The notes beneath the pieces are model-generated. The model saw nothing but the letters and a program-made list of their open reading frames with translations. It had not been told where the DNA came from and ran no database searches. Source: a virus (Duplodnaviria; Caudoviricetes). Taken from it: 64,000 bases of DNA. Made by a program: the position numbers and the translations under genes. The stretch lies in the IMG/VR virus record IMGVR_UViG_3300011116_001229; one strand, given 5' to 3'. This document shows positions 48,817 to 57,241 of the stretch, in pieces. Position 1 is the stretch's first letter. Every line of letters starts with the position of its first letter.

Positions 48817-48851
48817 TTATAAACTAAACTGAGACATGTAATAATTGACGC

Positions 48852-49979
48852 ATGTCTGTTGAGAGTGACATAAATTCAATAAAGAAATTTCTTAATAAAA
48901 ACTCCCAAGTTGAGAAGTCACTAAAATTTGACGATCAAAAATTACGTACGCAGAGAAACCTGCAGCACATTTTTTCTAAACGTTTTTTTGGAAGTAAGCA
49001 AAAGATTTTTGAGATAGTCTTAGATCATGCTGAAAGAGCAGAGAGGTCCTGCCCGCGTGCAGGAATTCTTCTCTTAAAGAAATTTTCTGGTATCGATATC
49101 AATATTGATGAAAGTCCATGCAATAAAAGAACAGTGATCGATCAGATTGAGAAGTTAAATCTTAGCAAATTTTCAACATCTATATTGACAGAAATATTAG
49201 ATTTTTGCAATTCAGAAACAAAAATAAAGCTAACTAAGTCTATTAATCAAAAATCTTATGTAGAAATTTCAAATGATTACCAGTTTAGTGTAACGCCAAT
49301 AGCAGCTGTTAAAAAAAATCTTGACAAAAATTGTAAAGTTTTTGTCATTGATGGATTCATTGAAAGCGTTTCCGAGGTACATCACATACTTCATCATTTC
49401 TCTTCCGAGGAACAGAGCACACCTTTTATTTTATTCTGCAGAGGTGCATCTAACGACGTCATAAGCACTATTAATGTTAACAATACTAGAAATGCTTTCA
49501 GGTGTTATCTTTTTAAGATTGATTTTACAGTTGAAAATGTCAACATTTTAGTCGACTTAGCTGTAGCATGTGGCGTAGATGTCACATCCAGCTTAAAGGG
49601 AGATCTAATCTCTTCTATTAAGCTGGACAAATCTTCTATTGTTGAAAGTATTTCAGTAACTAACACTGGTATCTCTATTAAGAGTAGATCTACGAAAAAG
49701 TCTGTAGCTTTGCATGTTGCTAGCTTGAAGAAGAAACTAACTGACTGCAATGAAATAGAAAAAGAGTTTATACACAAGAGAATGAGAGGTCTTTCATCAA
49801 ATAGCATTGAAATTGCAATTCCAGACGACATAAACTTTTTTTCGAGATCAAAAGAATTAGACGAAGGAATTCGACTGATTTTGTCAATAATGAATAAAAG
49901 TTTTATGCTCGATCAAGCTATTTCTCTGTACTACGAAGTGCTAGAAAAGACTTTAAAAAGTATTGCAGACACAGTCTGA
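48852..49979 (+). CDS. Degenerate GroEL/Cpn60-like protein (apical and intermediate domains)
   Basis: VFVIDGFIESVSEVHHIL...PFILFCRG..NDVISTINVN...DLAVACG..VTSSLKG...EFIHKRMRGLS aligns by eye to the GroEL apical region. No GDGTTT motif; only 375 aa. Confidence 0.65.
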   Translation: MSVESDINSIKKFLNKNSQVEKSLKFDDQKLRTQRNLQHIFSKRFFGSKQKIFEIVLDHAERAERSCPRAGILLLKKFSGIDINIDESPCNKRTVIDQIEKLNLSKFSTSILTEILDFCNSETKIKLTKSINQKSYVEISNDYQFSVTPIAAVKKNLDKNCKVFVIDGFIESVSEVHHILHHFSSEEQSTPFILFCRGASNDVISTINVNNTRNAFRCYLFKIDFTVENVNILVDLAVACGVDVTSSLKGDLISSIKLDKSSIVESISVTNTGISIKSRSTKKSVALHVASLKKKLTDCNEIEKEFIHKRMRGLSSNSIEIAIPDDINFFSRSKELDEGIRLILSIMNKSFMLDQAISLYYEVLEKTLKSIADTV

Positions 49980-49981
49980 CC

Positions 49982-50009
49982 TTTACTTGTTAGCTTTTAA
50001 AAGTATGAT
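49982..50009 (+). promoter_or_regulatory. Putative sigma70-like promoter (TTTACT-16-TATGAT), 6 nt before ATG 50016
   Basis: tttact tgttagcttttaaaag tatgat gtggtc ATG. Confidence 0.45.
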
Positions 50010-50015
50010 GTGGTC

Positions 50016-50267
50016 ATGAATCACGCTGATAAAATTTGCAAAGAAATTCTAAATCTTGTTTCTTTTTCCAAAGATCAACTGCAAAGTCTTTTAGTTAATG
50101 AAAATTCTAAGGGTACTTTGTCTCTGTCTGAGAAAGATATGCAGACAGTTTTGGTACTCCTTAAAACTTCTTTAGAGAATTCATATCAAACTGTTTTTTC
50201 AAGCTTGCACAGCAAGATAAATGCAGAAATTGAGTTGGCATCTTCAAAAAAAACTAATAAAAAGTGA
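50016..50267 (+). CDS. Hypothetical protein
   Basis: The track start is GTG 50010, directly after the -10 box; ATG 50016 is preferred. Confidence 0.6.
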   Translation: MNHADKICKEILNLVSFSKDQLQSLLVNENSKGTLSLSEKDMQTVLVLLKTSLENSYQTVFSSLHSKINAEIELASSKKTNKK

Positions 50268-50270
50268 ATT

Positions 50271-50798
50271 GTGGCCAAGAAAAAGTCCTCTGAAGAAGTT
50301 AAAAAAGATTCTAATCTCTCTGTTCAGACCAAACGGGGATTTAGACACTTGATAGAGTGTCGTTGTGTTCTCCCTCAGTTCAAGAATAGAAAAGATCCAC
50401 TTAAACATAAATTCGTTGTTTTTTCAATAGTTGACGAGAACGACGTAGTTGAAGTCAAATATTCTCAGTGCAATAATTGCGGATTGATTCATAAAATAGT
50501 AGACATATGTAAGTCTGAAATTCAACCAGGCAAAGAAAACTCTTCTTCTATTTTGACAATCGATGATATCAAGCTATCATTGCCTAGAGACTTGACGTAT
50601 ATTCTTGAAAAATATCGACTTGAAATCCCATCTTGGGAACAAGCGAGATTTATAGTCGAGAATAAAAGATGGGGAGACTTTATTATTCTCGAGCAAGAAG
50701 ATGACGGGGACACAAAGCAAGGGAAATACGTTAGAATATTAGGAGAGTCTTTCTTTAAAGTGGAAAACTTTTCTAGAGATGAATTTGTTAGCGCATGA
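50271..50798 (+). CDS. Hypothetical protein with putative Zn-binding Cys motifs
   Basis: HLIECRC...QCNNCG. Confidence 0.65.
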   Translation: MAKKKSSEEVKKDSNLSVQTKRGFRHLIECRCVLPQFKNRKDPLKHKFVVFSIVDENDVVEVKYSQCNNCGLIHKIVDICKSEIQPGKENSSSILTIDDIKLSLPRDLTYILEKYRLEIPSWEQARFIVENKRWGDFIILEQEDDGDTKQGKYVRILGESFFKVENFSRDEFVSA

Positions 50799-50804
50799 GG
50801 CATA

Positions 50805-51083
50805 ATGGAAAATTCTCTTTACGGTCAGCTGCAGACTGAGAAAATTGCTGAAGACAAAAAAATTGCTTTAGAAATTGTCTCAGAAATCAATAAATTTGGT
50901 ATTAATGACAGACAGCGATGGATGATTCTTCATCTTCTCAGTCTTGAACTTGAAAACATTCAAGACATGAAAGACATGATTGCTTTTATAAAAAGCAAAA
51001 AAGAAAAAGAAATTTTTGTGTCTAAGTTGTATAGTCAAGATGAAGACAATTGGGTCGAGGAAGAAGTAAAACAAAATGGGTAG
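50805..51083 (+). CDS. Hypothetical protein (92 aa)
   Basis: Coupled ORF overlapping the clpP start. Confidence 0.6.
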   Translation: MENSLYGQLQTEKIAEDKKIALEIVSEINKFGINDRQRWMILHLLSLELENIQDMKDMIAFIKSKKEKEIFVSKLYSQDEDNWVEEEVKQNG

Positions 51084-51678
51084 ATCTTACGTAGTCAGCA
51101 ATCATAAAGATTCTTCTAGAAGAGGAAACTATGCGTATGAGTCATCAGGAGTACACATACACGTCGGTGATAGTTCTCGACTTGTAGTTCTTCATTGTGA
51201 TGTCAACGAGCAGTCGATATCGACCGTGATGATGCAGATGCTTCATCTGGCTAGCCAGAATCACAAGCCCATACACTTAGTGATATCAACTTATGGAGGA
51301 TCCGTCGATGAGATGTTCACATTGTATGACACTATCAAGTTTCTACCATGCCCAGTTCACACTATAGCACTAGGAAAAGTCATGTCTGCGGGTGTTCTTT
51401 TGTTAGCGTCTGGTGAGAAAGGCACAAGAATGATCGGACGTTCAGCTAGAATTATGATGCACCCTATATCAGGTGGAGCATCTGGCAATATCTTTGAGAT
51501 AATGAATGACGTAGAAGAAAGTAAGCGTCTTCAAGAGCAAATGGCGTCTGCAATCTCCAAAGAGACAAAGTTATCTAAAGAAGAAATTGAAAAGATCATG
51601 AAGCGCGGGCATGACGTCTATTTGTTGCCGCAAGAAGCTATCGAAATGGGAATTGTCGATAAGATTATTGGTGATTAG
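51076..51678 (+). CDS. clpP: ATP-dependent Clp protease proteolytic subunit
   Basis: ISTYGGSV, GKVMSAG (Ser), RIMMHP (His), HDVYL (Asp), EAIEMGIVDKII. Confidence 0.92.
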   Translation: MGRSYVVSNHKDSSRRGNYAYESSGVHIHVGDSSRLVVLHCDVNEQSISTVMMQMLHLASQNHKPIHLVISTYGGSVDEMFTLYDTIKFLPCPVHTIALGKVMSAGVLLLASGEKGTRMIGRSARIMMHPISGGASGNIFEIMNDVEESKRLQEQMASAISKETKLSKEEIEKIMKRGHDVYLLPQEAIEMGIVDKIIGD

Positions 51679-51722
51679 TATTTTTGTAATATAGAACTTT
51701 GCTTTGTATTGTGTAGACTTGA

Positions 51723-53381
51723 ATGCCTCTACATGAATACAGACACTACTTTCCTTTTAAAGAAATGAGAAAGGAACAGAAGGAAGCCATTGAATTTGCC
51801 ATTGACTCATACGAGTCAGGAAAAAGATATGTCTTATTAGAATTAGGCACAGGTACAGGTAAATCTGCGATAGGCATAACAATTTCCCGGTATTTAAATG
51901 ATCACTTTGCTTGTCAGACTGACGAGAACGGGGAGGCAATGTCAGGTGCATATGTTCTCACCACTCAAAAGATTCTACAAGAACAGTACGTCAGAGATTT
52001 TGGCCCAAATACTAAATTACCCGTACTAAGGACGATTAAGTCATCTTCAAACTATACGTGTTCTTTCTATGACGATCAGACGTGCGCAGAGTCAAAGATG
52101 CTCTTAAGCCGCTTAGCGAAGAATTTAAAGGGAACAGAGTTTCAAGACCACTGTACCAAACAGTGTAAATACAGTCAAGAAAAACAAGAATTTATTGACT
52201 CATCCATTTCCATAACCAATTTTTCTTATTTTCTTGCTGAGACATCTTATTCAGGTAAACTATCACCTAGAGCCCTTTTGGTCATAGATGAGGCACACAA
52301 CACGGAGTCAGAAGTAGGTCGATTTATTGAATTAAGTTTTTCTGAGAAGTTTTCTAATGACATCTTAAAAGTTAAGACGCCGAAACATCAAGATCAGAAT
52401 AATGTATTCAACTGGATTAAATCTGATTATCTAAGCTCATTAAAGAAGTATTCTGTGAAACTTGAGTCAACTCTCAAGAAAAATTCTTCTTCTTTAAATA
52501 AGTGCATGGATGCTTCAAAGAACTACGAGATGATTCAGAAGCACTTAGAAAAAGTTGAAAAATTTATTGAGGTTTATGATCCCAAGAGCTGGGTGATGAA
52601 TGTCGAAAAGAAGCTGTATGGTCAAGGAAATAAGACTAATATTATGCACCGGTTTGAGTTTAAAACTGTTGATGTCTCTCCGTATTGCGAAAAGCATCTC
52701 TTTTCGAAAGCAACAAGAATTCTAATGATGTCAGCTACAATAGTTGACAAAGATGTTTTCTGCGATTCTATTGGTCTCAATACTGACCAAGTAGCTTATA
52801 TGAAGCGCCATAGTCCATTCTCTGAGTCAAATAGACCAGTGCACTTTATGCCTGTTGGTAGTATGTCTAAGAATAAGATTGATGCTAGTCTTCCCATTCT
52901 AATTGAAGCAATAAAAATGCTGCTTGATAAACACAGAGAAGACAAGGGAATTATTCATACTGTCAACTATAAAATTGCTAACTACATTATGCAAAATTTA
53001 AAGTCTGACAGAATACTAACACACGATTCTTCAAATCGTGACAAAGTATTAAAAGAGCACACGCTGTCAGATAGACCTACAGTTCTTGTAAGCCCATCAA
53101 TGATGGAAGGAGTTGATCTTTCTGATGAATTAAGCAGATTTCAAATTATCTGTAAAGTTCCATTTCCATACCTGGGGGATGCTGTTGTCAAAAAACGGCT
53201 TGAAAAAAATGAAGGCTGGTATGCATATTCAACTGCCAAGTCTTTAATACAGTCACTTGGTAGATCAATTAGAAACGAGACAGATTATGCGGAGTCCTAT
53301 ATTCTAGACGCTGACTGGTCAATGTTCTATTCAAAAAATAAGAAAATGTTTGAAGGCCATATTGGAAAGATTCACTCATAA
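51723..53381 (+). CDS. DinG/YoaA (XPD-family) SF2 DNA helicase
   Basis: GTGTGKS, TTQKILQEQY, four Cys after motif Ia (Fe-S), IDEAHN, MSAT, EGVD, IQSLGRSIR. Confidence 0.9.
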   Translation: MPLHEYRHYFPFKEMRKEQKEAIEFAIDSYESGKRYVLLELGTGTGKSAIGITISRYLNDHFACQTDENGEAMSGAYVLTTQKILQEQYVRDFGPNTKLPVLRTIKSSSNYTCSFYDDQTCAESKMLLSRLAKNLKGTEFQDHCTKQCKYSQEKQEFIDSSISITNFSYFLAETSYSGKLSPRALLVIDEAHNTESEVGRFIELSFSEKFSNDILKVKTPKHQDQNNVFNWIKSDYLSSLKKYSVKLESTLKKNSSSLNKCMDASKNYEMIQKHLEKVEKFIEVYDPKSWVMNVEKKLYGQGNKTNIMHRFEFKTVDVSPYCEKHLFSKATRILMMSATIVDKDVFCDSIGLNTDQVAYMKRHSPFSESNRPVHFMPVGSMSKNKIDASLPILIEAIKMLLDKHREDKGIIHTVNYKIANYIMQNLKSDRILTHDSSNRDKVLKEHTLSDRPTVLVSPSMMEGVDLSDELSRFQIICKVPFPYLGDAVVKKRLEKNEGWYAYSTAKSLIQSLGRSIRNETDYAESYILDADWSMFYSKNKKMFEGHIGKIHS

Positions 53382-53423
53382 TTTACACAGATGATGAAGA
53401 AGTTATATTGACCATCTAGGAGG
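53382..53423 (+). promoter_or_regulatory. Putative promoter TTTACA-16-TATATT plus strong SD AGGAGG for the histone-like gene
   Basis: -35 at 53382-87, -10 at 53404-09, AGGAGG at 53418-23, ATG at 53434. Confidence 0.55.
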
Positions 53424-53433
53424 TTGATATACA

Positions 53434-53637
53434 ATGTCATCAGAAACAGTTTTAGCCAAATGGAATGAATTAAAGGCATTAGTTGAAGCGCTTGAAGTGG
53501 ATGTTGCTAAGAATGCTCGAGGAGTCGCAGCTGCAGGCGTGAGAGTTCGAAAAGGTCTTAGACAAGTCGCTGCATCTTCGAAGGAGCTCGTTAAGCTCAC
53601 TCTTGAGAGCGACAAGACAAAGAAGACAGAGGAATGA
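53434..53637 (+). CDS. Histone H1-like (Hc1-type) small basic protein
   Basis: KALVEALEVDVAKNARGVAAAGVRVRKGL resembles the Hc1/Bacteroidota 'histone H1' N-terminal motif (GNKAAG.RARK). Confidence 0.7.
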   Translation: MSSETVLAKWNELKALVEALEVDVAKNARGVAAAGVRVRKGLRQVAASSKELVKLTLESDKTKKTEE

Positions 53638-53646
53638 TCATTTGCT

Positions 53647-53934
53647 ATGAGTAAGCAGCAAATAAGAATCTTACAGCAAATGGCAAGAGACGGCGTTGAT
53701 CCCAAAAAACCATTTGAGTTTGTCAATGGTAAGTTTGTTCAACTCACTGAAAATGAGTCTACCTCATCAGAAACTACAAGTACTTTGGATGCATCAACTG
53801 AAGAAAAAGTTGACTTATCTGTAGTCTCTGTAGACTTTCAAGCCTCTGAAGATATTTCTGCTGAAGAAAAGACAGCAGAAGTAGCTTCCAAGAAGAAAAA
53901 ACCCGTCAAGCCAAAACAAAAGCAGGAAAAATAG
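53647..53934 (+). CDS. Hypothetical low-complexity protein (95 aa)
   Basis: S/T/E-rich middle and Lys-rich tail. Confidence 0.6.
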   Translation: MSKQQIRILQQMARDGVDPKKPFEFVNGKFVQLTENESTSSETTSTLDASTEEKVDLSVVSVDFQASEDISAEEKTAEVASKKKKPVKPKQKQEK

Positions 53935-53939
53935 ACTGA

Positions 53940-54218
53940 TCACATGACTGCAACAATGTGATCTCTTATCTTTTTATAAATTTTCTTTTCAATCTGGCAG
54001 ATTCTCATTCTAGTCAGACCATATATGTCCCCTATCTCTCTAAGGGTTAGGGGACCTTTTCTTGTTGTCACTAGAACACAATTTTTTCCATCCTGATATG
54101 GAATCCATTGTTTGCATTCTGTCTTTTGACAGTTAAATGCAGCTGCTTCAACTAGATCAAAACAGGTCTGTTCTTTAGCAATAATTGGTAATCTTTTTTT
54201 TATTGTAGCGTTTGACAT
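53940..54218 (-). CDS. Stand-alone sigma-70 region 4 HTH protein with N-terminal 4-Cys motif
   Basis: PLTLREIGDIYGLTRMRICQIEKK matches the sigma region 4.2 consensus (TLEEIG..FGVTRERIRQIE.K), preceded by C-x10-C-x4-C-x11-C. Confidence 0.85.
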   Translation of the reverse strand: MSNATIKKRLPIIAKEQTCFDLVEAAAFNCQKTECKQWIPYQDGKNCVLVTTRKGPLTLREIGDIYGLTRMRICQIEKKIYKKIRDHIVAVM

Positions 54219-54283
54219 GACATCTTCTCTTAAACAGTATATTTTATCTTAGACAGGGTCTTGTACAAAATCCTGATAAATTC

Positions 54284-55657
54284 ATGAGAAAAACTTACAT
54301 ACTTGACACAAACGTGCTTCTGAGTGATCCACACTGTTTCAACAACTTTAAAGACAATGACTTGATAATTCCCATGCTTGTCTTAGAAGAACTGGACAGA
54401 CATAAATCTCGTTCAGACGAAGTGGGTCGTAACTGTCGTGAAGTAACTAGAACGCTGGATGAGCTATCTAAAACAAGTTCTTTAAAAGATGGTGTTCAGT
54501 TACCTTCTGGTGGCACTCTCAGAGTCATGACTTCTTCTGAAAAGAAGTCTAAGAAGAGTGATCTTGACTCAACAATTGTTGACAATATGATCATCAACTT
54601 TGCACTGGAGTATTCAAAGAAACACCCTGATAAAGTTTTCTTGGTCTCTAAAGATATCAATGTTAGAATAAAGTGTTCTTCACTGGCTATTCAGGCTCAA
54701 GACTATCTGAGCATGAGAGCATCTGATAGTTTCGACGCTCTATATACGGGCGTAAAAGTTTTAACTGCACCCAACGATGTAATTAATAGGTTCTATGGTG
54801 GAGATGAGGTAAACATCAAAGAAATTACATCTGATGTAACGTATCCCAATCAGCTGTTTGTTCTTAAGTCCTCTGACTCTACGATGGCCTCTGCACTTTG
54901 TAGATCGAGCCAGAATGGTCAACTATTACAGCTACAAAAATTCGATAATGTCTTTGGTATAAAACCTAGGAATAAAGAACAGAATTTTTCTTTTGACCTT
55001 CTGATGAATCCTGCAGTTAAACTGTTGACCCTTACAGGTAGAGCAGGCTGCGGTAAGACACTATTGGCGTTAGCAGCAGGTTTAGCACAGCTAGACTCTA
55101 TTGGTTCACATCCAACTTATCAGAAGCTAATTGTGTCTAGACCTATTCACCCTGTGGGTAAAGACATAGGATTCTTGCCAGGCACGCTGGCCGAGAAGAT
55201 GGAACCGTGGGTAGCACCTGTCAGAGATAATCTCGAGTATCTTCTTAATGCTACTTCTAATAAAAAGTTAACAAGAACAAGAAGCAAGAAGCCAGAAGAT
55301 TCTCAGAATCTCTTTAATGACCCGTATCTTGAGCTGATGCAACAAAAAGGTCTCATTGAGATTGAAGCGATAACTTACATCAGAGGTAGATCTATTCCAA
55401 ATGCATTCATTATCATTGATGAAGCACAGAATTTAACTACTCACGAATTAAAGACAATCATCACTCGAGCCGGCGAAGGAACTAAGATAGTTCTGACCGG
55501 AGATCTCGAGCAGATTGATAATGTTCATGTTGACTCATTTACGAACGGTCTGACACATGCTATTGAGAAGTTTAAAGACTATGACATTTCAGGCCACGTT
55601 ACTCTTCTAAAGGGAGAGAGAAGTGAATTAGCAACTTTGGCTTCAAAGATTTTATAA
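54284..55657 (+). CDS. phoH: PIN-PhoH fusion protein (PhoH2/YlaK-like)
   Basis: YILDTNVLL...EELDRHK...DNMII...VSKDINVRIK (PIN); PRNKEQ, GRAGCGKT, YIRGRS, DEAQN, TRAGEGTKIVLTGD..QID (PhoH). Confidence 0.92.
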   Translation: MRKTYILDTNVLLSDPHCFNNFKDNDLIIPMLVLEELDRHKSRSDEVGRNCREVTRTLDELSKTSSLKDGVQLPSGGTLRVMTSSEKKSKKSDLDSTIVDNMIINFALEYSKKHPDKVFLVSKDINVRIKCSSLAIQAQDYLSMRASDSFDALYTGVKVLTAPNDVINRFYGGDEVNIKEITSDVTYPNQLFVLKSSDSTMASALCRSSQNGQLLQLQKFDNVFGIKPRNKEQNFSFDLLMNPAVKLLTLTGRAGCGKTLLALAAGLAQLDSIGSHPTYQKLIVSRPIHPVGKDIGFLPGTLAEKMEPWVAPVRDNLEYLLNATSNKKLTRTRSKKPEDSQNLFNDPYLELMQQKGLIEIEAITYIRGRSIPNAFIIIDEAQNLTTHELKTIITRAGEGTKIVLTGDLEQIDNVHVDSFTNGLTHAIEKFKDYDISGHVTLLKGERSELATLASKIL

Positions 55658-55710
55658 AGTTAGGTTGCATACTTCAGTTGTCGTATAATTTTAGATGAAG
55701 AAGCTAGAGA

Positions 55711-57240
55711 ATGGGAATACTCGATAGTAAGTCTAGAATTATGGATGTCATTTTGACTTCTGAGGGCAGAAGGCAGATGGCGGAAGGTACATTTAGAGTA
55801 TCATTCGCAACTTTTTCAGATAGAGAAGTTGGTTACAAGGCTGATGATACAGATGGGCACATAGACCCAGTTGGTAAAATTTACTTAGAAGCATGCAACT
55901 TACCGCAAGATCAGATCATATTTGAAGCCAATGATGACGGCAATATTATCTCTTTTAGAGATGATAGAATTACTTTTGATAAACTTGACTCAATTCCACT
56001 GTTGCCAAAACCATTAGAAATTTTCTTTTCTCAAGGTAAAGCTACTGCCTATCAATTAAATTTTGGTCCGCGAGTACAGGTTAGAAAGCCAGGAATAGAC
56101 CCAGCAATAACAGGTTCTGTATTAGGTAAATTTGTTTCTGACGGAATGGGTGTAGGCTTTTCTGTTATTGATAGCTTTGGAAGCAAAGCAAATTTTATAC
56201 TAGATCCGAGTAAATTTGTTGGAACTGTTTCATCATCCTACAAGAGTGCAACTATAACAAGTAGCTCTTATTATATCGGAGTCAAGGGCGGTCTTAACGC
56301 AAGAGATTTGACTACTCTAGTACAGGCAACAATTTTATCTGCATCTATTGTTCAGCCAACTTATCCAGGTGGAAGATCTCCTGGGCCCCACGTTGAGCCA
56401 GTTGATAGAGACAATAACATTTATATAACTGATCTAAGTGGAAGTCACGACAAAGTTGTTATAAGCTTGCTAACAGGGTCGGGAAATTATGTGATTAATA
56501 CAGACACAGAAATACACCCGTTTGTAATTGAAGATGCTTTTCTTGGTGGAAGAAAAGATGTTGTAGAGCTTCCTAATGCAGATTTTGCATCACAAATACA
56601 GGGAATTCTTACATCATCATTTGACAATTTTTCAGAGCTAGGAATGATATCAACAATCGATCCTATCTTCTTAGAAGAAAGCTTTCAAATTTTTCCTGAA
56701 GAAATTAGTTTTGATATTAATCAACTCACGAACAAGCAGCTGATTGAGCAAAAACCGACCCTTAATTCAGTCGATTCTTTATTTTCTGATGATAAACTCT
56801 CTAATACCCTTAATTTCAAGTATCTTCCTCCAATAGTCAAGACTAGTGACGCAGTTTTAACAAATAAAACAGACTCAACATTAACAACTCAATATCAGCT
56901 AGCTAACTTTAAACCTCTTGGCTCAAATCTTAAGCCATTAAGTTATTCACAACTAATCGATGAAATAAAACAGTCTGGCGGATTTGCTATTCAAAGAAAA
57001 ATTAATTTTGAAAAAACTACTAGAAGCAATAACCTTCTTTGTCAGCTATTTGAAGTTTCAAAAGGCTCTGTCCAAAAACTTGACATTATTGACCATGGAT
57101 TTATTCAACAAGAACCGGGATCTATTTTGCAAAAAAGAGTTTATTTTGTTGGCAAAGTATTTTTAGACGACAGAGGCACTGCCTGTTTTTTAAACATCTT
57201 TACTCTAATTTTCTCACAAGATGCAGGAGAGGAAGATTAG
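55711..57240 (+). CDS. Putative virion structural protein (509 aa)
   Basis: N-terminal GILDSKSRIMDVILTSEGRRQMA resembles a 'DAILT..GR..LA' motif I associate with jumbo-phage structural proteins; family not identified. Confidence 0.55.
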   Translation: MGILDSKSRIMDVILTSEGRRQMAEGTFRVSFATFSDREVGYKADDTDGHIDPVGKIYLEACNLPQDQIIFEANDDGNIISFRDDRITFDKLDSIPLLPKPLEIFFSQGKATAYQLNFGPRVQVRKPGIDPAITGSVLGKFVSDGMGVGFSVIDSFGSKANFILDPSKFVGTVSSSYKSATITSSSYYIGVKGGLNARDLTTLVQATILSASIVQPTYPGGRSPGPHVEPVDRDNNIYITDLSGSHDKVVISLLTGSGNYVINTDTEIHPFVIEDAFLGGRKDVVELPNADFASQIQGILTSSFDNFSELGMISTIDPIFLEESFQIFPEEISFDINQLTNKQLIEQKPTLNSVDSLFSDDKLSNTLNFKYLPPIVKTSDAVLTNKTDSTLTTQYQLANFKPLGSNLKPLSYSQLIDEIKQSGGFAIQRKINFEKTTRSNNLLCQLFEVSKGSVQKLDIIDHGFIQQEPGSILQKRVYFVGKVFLDDRGTACFLNIFTLIFSQDAGEED

Positions 57241-57241
57241 T

